Source: Paecilomyces variotii
Lineage: Eukaryota
Length of the DNA stretch: 64,000 bases
NCBI GenBank assembly: GCA_004022145.1
Contig: RCNU01000001.1
Strand: one strand, 5' to 3'
Below, piece by piece: positions 51,767 through 64,000 of this stretch. How positions within the stretch are numbered: position 1 is the first letter of the stretch; each line of letters opens with the position of its first letter. Below the pieces are notes generated by a model, which worked only from the letters and a program-made list of their open reading frames with translations, did not search any database and had not been told where the DNA came from. The translations under genes and the position numbers were made by a program.

Positions 51767-53911
51767 TTAGAAAAACACCGAACGCCGCGAGTTTGACAGG
51801 CTAGAACGTTTAGCCAGAGGCGAAACCAGGCTCTTCGATGGCGATCTCTTGAAGCGGGCTGAACTGCCTCCATTCTCCCTGGCATCCAGCTGAATCGAGG
51901 AGAGACCCGACGTTTGGAGGCCATCGGAGTCTTCTGCCAGAGAGCCCGTTTCTATCAAGTCTTCGAAGTCAAGGTATGTGGAGTCTGGACGCTTAGACGT
52001 GCTACGTTTTTGTCTTTGTGGTGTCGATGGGTCATTTTGCGTATGTGCCAAGAGATGTTTCTCCTTATTGGCAATGTTGGCAGGTGGGGGTACCTGAGAG
52101 ATTGTCGTGACTGAATGTGTGCCGAGGTCATCGTGACTCTTTGTATCTTGATGCCCACTGCCGTGGTCCGTTTCTGTGGCACCACCTATCCAAAGCCGCA
52201 GGAGCTCGAATTCGATTTCTGCTTTCGTGTGGCCGGGAAATCCCTTCTGAATATCAGTCCATGACATGCCTTCCTCATCTTTGAACCTAGCTAGTTGCTT
52301 TCGATCCTCATTTGACCAAGGCTCAGAAGACTTGGGCGGGTTTAATTTCCTGTTTTGCCAATGTATATGGTTCCACTGAGTAACCTGGAAGGCAGTCCTT
52401 CCTGGCATAGCAGCAGCAATATCCTTCCAACTTGACCCTTCGACGTGTCTCATCCTCATAATGATCCTGGCCTCATCAGGAGTGATAGGATTTCTGCTCG
52501 AGCGTTGATTGTCTTTTACCGGGCTCTGGGACTTGATTTTGACCATTGTCTGTACCGAACTCTGGGATATTTCTGTATTGGTAATCTCCAGGAGAATAGG
52601 TTCCCGATCTTCCTCTGGCTCTTGGGATTTGCCAGGCTCGTCGGGTTTCTCAGGCTCTTCAAGTTCTTCAGGGCCTTGAGGTTCATCAGGTGGTTCTCCA
52701 GGTCCAGATTCCGCCAAACTGCTTGTATCTAGACTCAATGGCTGCTCTCGTTCTGCATTTGAATCATGTAGTCTGCTAGAGCCATTACACGGTAGCGGCT
52801 CATTGGGCTCTTCAGTAGTGTCAAGGATAGCAAACGTTTCTTCCATAGAGCTGCTCTTTTCAATTTCTGGGGCAGTTAGGGCAAGCTTGCTGGCCCTGAT
52901 AACTGATGGAGCCCTTGACGTAGGTGATGGTTGATAATCCTCCTGTAGAGGATCATCAGAATCACTCGAGTCTGGAATAACCGCAAAACTCCAGTCTTTC
53001 TTTTTGGACGTAGAACTGCGCTTGCGCTTTGGCTTGTCAAAGCCGACCACATTTTTGGTCTTCTTCGCAATATCTGTATTCCGCTTCCGGCCGGGAGTAG
53101 GAAGTGCCCAGATAGAGCCAGCCCCTGGAGGTGACGCTGACCGTGCTCTTTGCGGTGGCATTGGAGAACGAGACATCTTTTTGCTGACTGTGGGTGTCGA
53201 GAACTTTGCTTCAATCTCAGGTACTTGCCACACTGGGTCTATGTTTTGTTGTCGTTCCCAGACACCATCGGGTGATAGAGCTGATTTACTTTTGGGCAGG
53301 TTCGTGACTTCCGTTAGTGCTGCGGCGTCCTTGAGAGACAACTTCGAGGGCTTCCCCAAGAGACCATTTTGAAGGCCTTTGATGTGTGAATGAACGCTTT
53401 CTGTGACATGATCTGACTCAGGCTCATGAACCTCACAGAAGGCGCCAGCGCACGTATTCTCGTTGTTTGAGAGGCTAAGCGGGAATCCCCTCTCTTGATG
53501 GACGGTCGCTTCATACAACTCTTCAACGCCATTCACTGAGACATCGTTTTCCAATTCACCAGAGGCACTATCCACGTCATGCTCTTGACCGTTGGGCAGA
53601 AAGTCGAGAGAAGATGATACGGGTGAGAGAGGCTGTTCCACGTGGGATGTAGGCTCATCAATCCGTCCAAGGTCACCCTCGGCCTGCAGATTCGACAGAT
53701 GACCATTGTCCACGATTATCTTGCCGGTCTGTAGATCTATTTCGTCTCCCACATCGGTGAAGTCCTTCCCATACTTCTCGAATATGCTCTCGAAGACAGA
53801 TTTAAGACGCAGGTCGTTCCGAGCACGGGCTTCTTGTACATCGAAATCGTCAGGGAACTGTTCGGAATCCCCAGGTAGTGACAAGCGAGGCCGCTTAGAC
53901 GGTCTTTCCAT
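51767..53911 (-). CDS. SCM3: CENP-A chaperone Scm3 with C-terminal Myb/SANT repeats
   Basis: RLKSVFESIFEKYGKDFTDVGDEIDLQTGKIIVDNGHL is the Scm3 domain signature; SWKDIAAAMPGRT and SWTDIQKGFPG are Myb-like repeats. Confidence 0.85.
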   Translation of the reverse strand: MERPSKRPRLSLPGDSEQFPDDFDVQEARARNDLRLKSVFESIFEKYGKDFTDVGDEIDLQTGKIIVDNGHLSNLQAEGDLGRIDEPTSHVEQPLSPVSSSLDFLPNGQEHDVDSASGELENDVSVNGVEELYEATVHQERGFPLSLSNNENTCAGAFCEVHEPESDHVTESVHSHIKGLQNGLLGKPSKLSLKDAAALTEVTNLPKSKSALSPDGVWERQQNIDPVWQVPEIEAKFSTPTVSKKMSRSPMPPQRARSASPPGAGSIWALPTPGRKRNTDIAKKTKNVVGFDKPKRKRSSTSKKKDWSFAVIPDSSDSDDPLQEDYQPSPTSRAPSVIRASKLALTAPEIEKSSSMEETFAILDTTEEPNEPLPCNGSSRLHDSNAEREQPLSLDTSSLAESGPGEPPDEPQGPEELEEPEKPDEPGKSQEPEEDREPILLEITNTEISQSSVQTMVKIKSQSPVKDNQRSSRNPITPDEARIIMRMRHVEGSSWKDIAAAMPGRTAFQVTQWNHIHWQNRKLNPPKSSEPWSNEDRKQLARFKDEEGMSWTDIQKGFPGHTKAEIEFELLRLWIGGATETDHGSGHQDTKSHDDLGTHSVTTISQVPPPANIANKEKHLLAHTQNDPSTPQRQKRSTSKRPDSTYLDFEDLIETGSLAEDSDGLQTSGLSSIQLDARENGGSSARFKRSPSKSLVSPLAKRSSLSNSRRSVFF

Positions 53912-54504
53912 CCTTTAATCATGTACTGAGTTGTAAATGGCCATCAAGTTTCTGTTCGTCTGAAAACATCGGCGGATCGGTTTGCAGGTATCGAATAGTG
54001 TTGAATACTGCACCCGGGGTGATTGGTGCCCATATATTATGGTAATGAGCTGTCTCCTCTTCGACGCGAGAATGTAAATAGGCGTAGTTGGCGACACTGC
54101 TCGGGGGTGAAAGGCTAGGTAGGACAAGCAATCAAAATCCCGTGTCAATGAGCGCGTATAACACTCCAGCCAATAATAATTTCGAAACAGAAGAACACCT
54201 GCCACTGCCTCAAAAAGCAAACTGTCTGATCAGCCGGAATATCGCCCGAAAGAACGGTTGCGCGTGCGAGGGGCACGCGATGGCGGGCTACCTAAGGAAG
54301 CTGTCAGAATGTTTTTCTGTTTGGCGTTGCGGAGGAGCTTCTGGGCGGTGCCTGGCATGACGTCCTGCAGATCTCCGATTATCTTTCCGGCCCTGTCGCA
54401 ACTCCGACTCTCCAGCATACCGCCAGCTTCCACCCTTGAGGATTTCCACATATCCTGATTCTCATTATGATCCGTGGGAGTATCCTGCGATATATCTCAT
54501 CACA

Positions 54505-56137
54505 ATGTATTGCCAGAAATGTCGAACGCCTCTCAAGCTGGACGGGTCGCTGGAGTCCCTGAATCCTGCTGCGTTTGATCTGCTTATCGGTATGCGCGCT
54601 GAATCCGTGCAAGCTATTTGGCTTTGTGATCGCTTATCCAACGCATGACACAGGTTCTACGGGAAAGTCCCTTCCTGAGAATGCGAACAATCTCCCTTCC
54701 GGTCGCACATCCTACCCCCAGGATCGACGAGCGCTCTATGACCGTGTCTCTCAACAAGCGACATCACCAGTATACAGGAGAACCATCCCGGCCCCGCGTA
54801 ATGGTGTGGCAAGCCAGGCCACCCCTCCCGCTTTGGGAAGGGGCGACAGTGGAGGGATGTCGTTCGTAATGCTCACCGAGTCGCAAGTTGTGCCTCATCA
54901 CGCAGTCCACGGTGTCAACGGCGAGAGCCCGAGAGGAAAGAGACAAGCCAATACGGAGAGATATGGGCGTGATGTGGAAGAGGGCTCCTTTACGGATCAG
55001 GTCGAGCGGACAAATAGATTGTTCGAGATCATATCTGCACGTTCAGATATTGACCACCCGATCTGCGCTGAATGCACTGATATGCTAGTCGAAGGGCTTC
55101 AGAAACGGCTATTGACCGCCACAAAGGAGCGGGATGCATACATATCATTCCTCAAGAGCTTAAATGCCTCCGTACCTAGCGTGGAAGAGGTAGAGACGGC
55201 AGAGAACTCGTTAAAGGCTGCTCTGGAGGCCGAAGAAGCTGCCTTTCAAGAGCTCCTGGCATTAGAAAAGGAAAACGCAACTTTGGATGAAGAAATCGCG
55301 GCGCTGGAAGAAGAGTCACGGCAACTGGACTTAGAAGAGGAGAAGTTCTGGCGCGATAGGAACTCGTTCGCGCTGACTCTTTCTGAATTTCAAAATGAGC
55401 GTGATGCTCTGAATATGAGATATGATCACGATTCTCGCCAACTGGAACGGCTTCAGAGAACTAATGTGTACAACGATGCTTTCTGCATAGGCCATGATGG
55501 CTACTTCGGAACGATCAATGGGCTACGGCTAGGCCGTCTCGCCAACCCGTCTGTTGACTGGGCAGAGATCAATGCTGCATGGGGCCAGACTGCCCTGTTG
55601 CTAGCTACCATTGCGGAGAGACTTGGGTTCCAGTTCCGAGGTTATAAGATCATACCAATGGGCTCAACTTCGAGAATTGAAAAGATTGAATATCCGCAAC
55701 AATCATCGAGTCAGTCAGCCGCTGCTAGTCGAGACCATACCGCGTCAGCAGCTCCCAAAGTAACTATGCTTGACCTTTTTTCGTCTGGGGATCTCCCTCT
55801 CAATCTTCCGTGGATCCATCGGCGATTTGATGCTGGGATGGTCGCCTTTCTAGAATGCCTTCGCCAGCTTGGTGAATATGTTGAAACTACCCCGGCGCCT
55901 CTACCCTCACCACGCCGCGGACATACCACCGTTACTGCACCTGGATTACGGCTTCCATACGAGATCAAACGCGACAAGATTGGTGACGCAAGTATCAAAC
56001 TGGGTTTCAACCAGAACGACGAGACTTGGACACGTGCCTGCAAATACACACTTACATGTTGCAAATTTTTGCTTGCGCACGCGAGCAATGTTGCCAGTGC
56101 TGCTTCTAGTAGCTCCGCGGCTGCTGCTACTAGGTAA
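54505..56137 (+). CDS. ATG6: Beclin/Atg6 (Vps30)
   Basis: MYCQKCRTPL; IDHPICAEC; FGTINGLRLGRL; EINAAWGQ; WTRACKYTL; intron about 54590-54653. Confidence 0.96.
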
Positions 56138-59100
56138 TGAGCAGATGAGAGCTCAAGGTAGTAGCCCTGCTAAGAAGTAAGGCGACTCGCCCCTGATGAC
56201 AGCAGCAGCAACAACCAACCAACCAAAACAGGACCCAAGTGAGAAGGAGCTCACCGAGATAGCTGCCCAGCATTTGACCATGAGAGATGGTTTTGAGGTC
56301 TGAACAGCGCTTATTGGTTACGTATATCATCACTCAGTGGCGATACTGTTTGAGCCTCTCCTAGCGCTCCCGCTGAAGTTAATCAAGAGAGCAGCACTGT
56401 TCTTTGTTGCTTTACTTTCTAGGTAGAGCTTTATCGGACCGGTTGTCTATCAGTCTCTCCAAGAGTATCCTGGCATACCAGAAAGAGTTATTTCTCCGCG
56501 CGTGATCGCCACCTTGTCGTTGAACTTGTCGTTGCGGCAGTATAATATCTTCAAAACACAACGATGCCTGTCGATCGACTCTTAATCAGCTATTCCGAGG
56601 AGCAATAAGTACCTTTTCTACGTTGGTCTGGGATCTCAGTTCGCGGGATGAATCTTTAGTCAGGAAATGTCTTCGGAGCACACCACACCTTTCATGAATC
56701 TCAGTTTTGCAAACCACAGACAGTTTGCGAAAATACCAACATTCATGGCATGCAACAGTGAAGGTACTTCTGTGCTTCTGTTTTACGATCCTGAGTTGGT
56801 TATGGCTTCTTTGACGGCAACGGTCCTATGTCCTCCTGCTCGCCACCCCTAGGACTATGTGTCCAGGTGATTGAAACAGGAAAGCGCCGTCTTCTATTCC
56901 TTAATTGACATCTTAGATTGCGGCACTCTGCGACGACATGATGCTGAGCTATTGACCTGCATTCGATGGACCGATCACAGATGCAGGGCGCTCTTCCGAA
57001 TGCCTTGCCGAAAAGAAGTATGCAGCTGATCATGGATATGTACTTCTTGTACGTATTATTGTACATACAAGGTGGTGTCTCTTAATAGAAACAAATCCAT
57101 GCTATAAGCATTATGTCAGGACAATCCGTGGACTTTTACCGAAGTGTGAAGGGATACTCGCGCCGTGCCATTGCTTAGTCTTTACCAACGGGCTCGAACT
57201 ATCTCTGATGGCCATCACTGGCCGGTTCTTAATTGTAAACTTCACGCTTCTGTGAACTCGAGAAGAGAAATAGTACGTTCTGTACATGTGTTTTGCACCA
57301 TAACAACAATGCTGTAAATCTTCGGCTAGTAGCGGCAGTTGTAAATTCCTTGCACCACTGCTGACTCTTCACGGGACCGAAGTACTCATGCAGGTCGTGC
57401 TCGTAGTTAGTTAGTAGTTATAAACCCTGTATAACTATAGTCTGTTCCAGATCTTTGATTTCGTTTCTGAACCCTTCATTGGATCGCTGTGGTATGAAGT
57501 TCGGGGTTTGCTTTTGCCCTCTCTGTTCCGCTATTTCTTCTGTATTCATCTCTTTCATCCACTTCTATTGTTCCCTCATGATCCACACGGACAGTGCCCC
57601 TTTACTAGTAATTAGATGTATTTCGAGGTTAATGGAGGTGGCATCTGAGACCATTGTCCCGCACGCATATGTTCTATACTGTCAAATATGTAGTCCTCTG
57701 ATCGAAGCACGCAGGTTATATAGCAGCTGTTCAGAAGAGGTGTTTCATAACTGATAGATATAAGAGTATGTCCTGAATAGGTGCGAGTAGCAGCTATAAA
57801 AACGTGTCACTGCGTTCATTTCTTTCCCTGTCAGGTAAGAGTAGCGATCTCAGCTGGTTGTATACCTCCTGCCTCAGTGGTCCGTAACCTGTTGGCCTCT
57901 AGTCTGTTGCACGGGACTTGATGGCAATGTGCCTCTGTACGACATTAATACTAGGACTCGGTCTGCATTTCCATATATAGACGGGCCTCTCTCGATCTGT
58001 TACTTCAGAACATGTGTAGGTCCAACCTTGTTAACCTCCGTATAGTTCATAGGCTGAGATTGTCGAAACCGTGGAACCATTCATCGCGGACCTTGATGAC
58101 CGGCGTCTGCAGACGGGATCTATCGATCTATCTGTCAGCCACTCGGACTTCTCTCCATCGCATGGTAGGTGATCGGAAACTGCGGCTACGGTCCAGAGAG
58201 ACGAAAGTCGCGGCATCTTCTGAATGATGCCAAGTATCGGCTAAGATGGATATCGGCATCATTAAGGAGAGCAGTTCTCATTATTAGTTACTGATGGTAG
58301 TTAGATATCACATAAATCCATAAAGGGATAATAGTTAGTCGAGACTCACCTCCCTTGACTACATGGATGTCCCGGTTTGTCCTTCGGTCGAATGTCCAGG
58401 TATGACCGGCTATCTAATCGAGTTAGAGCAATTCATGCCAAGGAGATTGTCCTGTTCGCTCGGAGGTCACAGCGGCGACAACTATCCCATTGGCCTCGCT
58501 CTACCTTTGTCCCTCCAGAGTCCAACCCCGTACACAACCCCGCGGCTAAGAGTATTGTGACTGGAATTCCCACTGGTCTCAAAGTGACCTGTGCTCTCTC
58601 TTGACTACCAAATTTAGGGGCGTAGACGCTCCAATCATTGTACATCTGCCTTTAGGCGCGATCGAGAGCCAACCTCAATACTCGCGGCCGATTTTTGGTA
58701 ACACTACCGGGGTGTGATACTATCCAACTAGTCTATTGCCCGAGTCTTCCCCCAAACTGCATGACGCAGATCTTAGAGGCAACTGTTACTACTTAAATCA
58801 GAAAGGTTCGTCGCCGAGCCAGAATCGTCTAGGTCCCTGCACTCACTGATAGTTCCTGTCGGAGCAAATAGAATACCAGATGGGGTGTACCGGATCCAGC
58901 CATGTGGTTCTACGAAACTAGCATTGTTTAAGTTCCGAGTTATCACTGACCAGTTTTGTGATAATATCCGTCGACGCAGGAGGTTTTCACGGTGATAGTA
59001 ACTACCATGAACATACCAACGCCAAACCCAGGATGCGGAACCGTCAAGCTCCGTCTTGCGATCAGCCTGGACATGGGTGGGCGGCGCAGTGGCCCTGTAA

Positions 59101-59900
59101 ATAAAATACAACCAACCCGACCAAGTTTCCGACAGCCCGATCTTTGGGAAGAACATGGGTGGAGAGATAGCGAAACAACCCCGTTGGGTCCAGGTGACAC
59201 CAACAAAGAGATGAACATACAATTGGCGCAGAATTGCTGCTTAAGCGTCAGAGCCATGCAACATTTCTTTCTTCCCTCTTTCTTTCGCGCTTCATTGCGC
59301 ATATCTTCTCGTGTTCAGTTTGTGCCCAAGAATAACAATGGAACTCAGCCCTTCTCGGCTCTTTTGATACCCCCAAATGAAGGAACGAAGGCGATATTTG
59401 TACCGAAGTACACACTCCAAAAGTACGATCTCAAAGAATAGGAGTGGATGACTGATAGGCCCGGGGAACAGGGGTTTGTTCTCCCCGTCGGGCGTTGCTC
59501 TCTTACGACGGACTCCAACCTGGGGCGTTGAACCAGATTGCCGGGTTCGTGCTGTTCTCTGTCCATCGGCTTCTCCCCAACCCCGGGTCTGGCAGGTTCT
59601 CCCTGATACGTGGCCCCGGGTATTTCCATGGGGCAGTATGACCGGGAGCAGGTTATCAAGCGTGGTTCTGTTGCCTCCAAGTGGTCTTTGTTGACCGCTA
59701 GTTGCCGCCAGTGTGTATAACCACGCCGAGTATATACATAATAGATATAAGAGGATCCAGGGGAACGGTCCCTGGGTGATGAGTTGTTATCCTATTCTAT
59801 CTACCTGCTTAGCCTCGGGTCCACAACGGGACGATTGAACCGAACCGTCTTTACAATTTCTGGAGCAGGACTTGAGAAAAGCAAGAAGAAAGTTTAAAAA

Positions 59901-61027
59901 ATGGAGGAGTCGATGATTTCTATGATACCGCGGATTCCAATGACATCGTTACCTTTCCGTCCTCGCAGTTCAGAGGACTGGCAGCCGTACCGTCCGATCA
60001 TCTTGAATTTGTATATCAACGACCAGTTGAAGCTCAAAGATGTCAAGGAGATTATGGAACGAGACTATGGCTTTGTTGCATCGTATCTGCCCCCATTCTC
60101 TTCTTTGTACCATTCCAGTCTTCGATGAAAAGCCTCCTGTTCACTCGAGGTCGATAACAAACGCTAACAGACAGAAGTGAGAAGCAATACAAGGACCGTC
60201 TAGCTGCTTGGAAGGCAAGGAAGAACATCAAAACCAGCGAGGCACGCATCATGCTTCGCAAACAGCAAGAACGCTCTGCCCAGGGAAAGCGTTCAGCATT
60301 CCGGGTTGGCGGGATGGAGGTTGGGATGCACAAGATACTTCGTGCGGCCAGGAGGTCTCGAAACACTGCTACTTCTGCATCTAGTCCGGAGCCTGGTGAG
60401 TCCCAATGTTTAGTTCCACGCCGTGATTGTTGTTATAGCTGCTACTGTATTCTAGCCATTTCTACCAGATTTATATGAACATGGCTAAATTCTTCACAGA
60501 GACGCCCTCAGACATCAGCTGCTACACGCCCGTTGACAGACCGTCAACGCCAGAAACTCAAGCATTCGACGAGAGCTTTTCGCAGTCGTCTTCCTATTCG
60601 CAGCCAACAGCCTTTCCACAGCATGCGGATTTCTCTCAACCTCCGCCAGTCACTTATTATGGTAAACATTGACTCTAGCCTGGCAACGCTAGGCTCCTCA
60701 AGAGCTGACTGTTATCTAGATAACATCCTCTGCGGGACAGAACATCCGGATGTAGCTGGCTTTGGCCTGCAACCGCCGTACGGAGGCTCATGGGAATCTT
60801 CCCTGTTAGTCTTCCAAGATAAGCTACACGGTCTTCATGATAAATTGACACAAGATATACAAAACGGAAGAAACCAGGAGATGCAGGTCTTGATGAATCC
60901 TGACATGCAACCGAATGCAAGCCATGGGAGGTAAATACGCCAAATCCTTCCATTCCGTGATCATATTACTAAGTAAATTTGCCGCAGCCAAGTAGACAAC
61001 GGATACCACTGGCACCAAGCCCCTTAG
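59901..61027 (+). CDS. Clr5-domain protein
   Basis: EDWQPYRPIILNLYINDQLKLKDVKEIMERDYGFVAS, intron, EKQYKDRLAAWKARKNIK; four predicted introns; 3' end inferred. Confidence 0.78.
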
Positions 61028-61463
61028 AGGAGTTATTACTCTCAACTATAGATCACGAATGTGGCGAGGGAAAGGCTATCTTTCGGTGGAGGAGCTTTTG
61101 TTCTCATTAGCCGTACCTCAGATGCCCAGAAGTGTTTTGTTCTTTTTCTTTTTCTTTTCATTATAACAAGATCCGCATTGGGCCTTGTATGTGATGGTCG
61201 GACCTAAATATGGGGTTAGAGTGGAGTAGAGGGTGCAGGATTGGTGTTGACTACTATTGCATTGGCTCAAGGTGTTCCTTTATTTCGGTTCAATGTATAA
61301 TGCGAAGAGCAGACTACAGCGGAGTCGACTGGTGAGTTTGAATCCTGTTATTTTTGCATCTCTATGTGCATTTTCAAATCAAGTATAGCCAGCCTATCTC
61401 TATATGCTTTAGAATCACAGTCCCATTATTATTTCCTCGTTAACTCCTAATTTCATTTGACTC

Positions 61464-63400
61464 TCAGCTTCTATGCTCACCGGCCTTCTCGGCGTCAGGA
61501 ACAGATACACCCGTGCCCTGCACCTGCTTCGTCTCTGTCTCCAACCTAACGGCCTCTTCGTCCGCAGCAGGTTGCTGCTGCTGCGGCTGTTCCTGTTGCT
61601 GTTGCTGTTTCTCAGACTTCTCTGGCGGTCCCCTCTGTCTCCGCAACCTGCAGCCACCTCTCCATCCTATCCAGCCCGTCTCCCACGGCCCTCTCAGCAA
61701 AGCAATCACTATTGCAGCACCCATGAACCCGACGCTGGCACTCCCTGAGCGGACCCATCCACCCTTCGCATATAGATCGCTCCCCACTGCAGTTCCCATC
61801 ATTTGGCCGCAGAAGACAGCCAACATATAGGCGGTATTGACACGATTGCGGGCCTTGGGTGCAACTTCATAAATAGCGGTCCTATTGGCGATCTGCAGGG
61901 TCTGCTGTCCAAAATCTAGTAACAATGCCTGGATGATTGGGCCCGCTACGGTTATTTCCCCCGTATATGTCCCGATCACGATGGCTGTCATGGAAATCGA
62001 CTGTCCGATCAATACGGAAAGCAGCGGTACGAAGCGGTCCGTCACAAAGCGCGAGTACAAAGGACCAAAGCACATGGGTATTATACCGGCGACAGCGAAG
62101 AGTCCAATAATGACGGTGGAATAATGGTACGGTGCTTCGGACAGGAGGAAAGTGAGAGTGGTCCAAAAACCGGTGAAGGTAGCTGCGGCAAAGAAGCCGA
62201 TCAGACAGGCTTGGAAGAGAACCGGATACTTGAAAACAAGCTGGACAATGGTCCACAGGATTTCACCATAGTGGATATTTCTGTTGGTGGGAGGGTAATC
62301 CGGCATGAAGAGCCACAGGAGGATGACGATGAAATACTGCAACCCAAACGAGAGCCAGTATACATTGCGCCAGGAAGAATACTTGGCGATTATACCGGAG
62401 AGTACCCTTGCAATAAGAAGCCCTAATAGTAGTCCTGAAACCACGATTGATAATGCAGTTGCTCGCCGATGCGGAGGCGCGAGATCTCCGACTAGAGGGA
62501 GCATGATTTGCTACATTCGTTAGCCACCTTCGCAACTTCACCGGAGTCTCGTATACTATGTTGTAGATTCTCGGTTGAATCAATACATACCGGCGTAACA
62601 GTGGTCACACTCGTGATGAAACTCAACGCGACAAACGCCCCGAAACTATTTGTCAAGCACAATCCCAGCCAGACAGTAGACGTGAACCATGCTAGGAACA
62701 ACACGAAGGGTCTACGCTTGACCAGATCGCCCAGCGGACAAAGAAAGACGAGTCCTGCGGCATATCCGCCCTGCATGACCGTCGGGATAACCGAGACTCG
62801 TTCATAGCTTACATCAAAAGCGTCCGCGAGGACGCCCAGGATGGGATGGCTGTAGTAGAGGTTTGCGACCTGGATGGTGTTAGCATGCAAATTCCTTATT
62901 GTCCTACTTTACGAGGAGGATGTTGTTTATAATTCCTTTGAAGTATTTGAACCGCGTCATGATAACTCCCCATCGATCAACCATAAACATCCCAAATCTA
63001 TACAATGCACATCATGCACGTTGTACATATACATGTACTTTACATATATGTCACAGCGTCCCAACATAAAAAAGCTCAAGATGAAAGAAAAAGATCACTA
63101 GGTACTCACCGTAAACGTAGCCGCGAACCCAAAGAGCAAGTTCAGGGTGAGACTGAACTCCGGTGGCTTCTTGGGATCCCACCTACACCGCGGCGGCGTC
63201 CATGTCACGATGTCGTACAATCGCCGGCCGATACTCCTCCGCTGCTGGGCGTTCTCCGGCTGTGTCTGGTTTCCGGATGCGGAAATCCGAGATTGAGTCT
63301 CCTCGGTGACGGGGAGCACATAGCTACACGAGGGTACGGAGACAGCCCCGATGGCCGCGGGAGGAGACTCGGCCGAGGAGGCGGATTCGGATTCTCCCAT
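61464..63400 (-). CDS. MFS transporter
   Basis: ANLYYSHPIL; PLGDLVKRR motif A; GLLIARVLSG; ARNRVNTAYM; 12-TM pattern; two introns; polyQ tail. Confidence 0.92.
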
Positions 63401-64000
63401 GGGGTGTGAAACGAAGCGATGGTAAGGGAAGGGAGGAGGGGATCAGGAGGAGGGTGGGATTATTAGTTCGTTTTTAGCTATGATCATTAAACGGAGTGGA
63501 GAGATGAGTTAGGGAAGGAAATGGAGACAAGGACTAAAAAGTGGATAATTATGACAGCAGTAGGTAAATGCTAACAATGCTATCTAATCTCGCCCAATTG
63601 TCGCAATCCTGTGGTAGAATGAAATCCATCGAATTGTTCGAGACCCTTTCTTCGTGTCATGGCGGGGCCGTTAACTATTCCGGCACTGATGTATTGATGT
63701 AACTTCTTCGATACCTAACTACGGAGAAGAGAGGAGAGATATATCAATAATTATAAATCAAAAATGCCGATCTCGTTGCAATCGTGACCTTTTCTTTTCT
63801 AACTTGATGTGCATTAGCTTTGCTATGCCCCTCGGGGGGGGGGGGAATTTTAGCGGCCAGTGCTTCAAAGCTTCGTGAAGGCTTAAGTCGCTCTTTTAAG
63901 GCGATTACTACTTAGCTTATCGGATAAGAATCCTCGGACTTGCTTTTTCTACCCCTGTGTTGACTGAAACAGCCGGTACATCTTACTACATCCCTTCTAA

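Overview
Gene-dense, intron-containing genomic DNA from a filamentous ascomycete. GT-AG introns, CTRAC branch points and the gene content point to Eurotiales; the species cannot be fixed from sequence alone. I can support about 23 intact genes: She3-like coiled-coil protein, a large KH-like hypothetical, MMS19, a FAS1 protein, EMC3, SPC2, MTD1, ATP1, MPO1, RPB7, an NTF2-like protein, a QDE-2-type Argonaute, a VOC/glyoxalase, a Zn2Cys6 factor, a double-RRM protein, PEX5, 2-hydroxyacyl-CoA lyase, NDUFAF7, a cysteine synthase-like protein, SCM3, ATG6, a Clr5-domain protein and an MFS transporter. The most unusual part is a roughly 5 kb decaying island at about 31.1-36.5 kb. It holds a myo-inositol oxygenase reduced to its first and last exons, which still splice in frame to a 91-aa mini-ORF, an intact VOC enzyme, and a Zn2Cys6 regulator broken in several places. 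Other signals: a start codon split by an intron, FarA/FarB-type sites upstream of PEX5, the lyase and MPO1, a recurring TTATCGATAA promoter palindrome, and a possible solo LTR. I recognised no tRNA, rRNA or CRISPR array. Exon boundaries were read by eye; CDS spans include introns. Family assignments come from recalled motifs, not from database searches.
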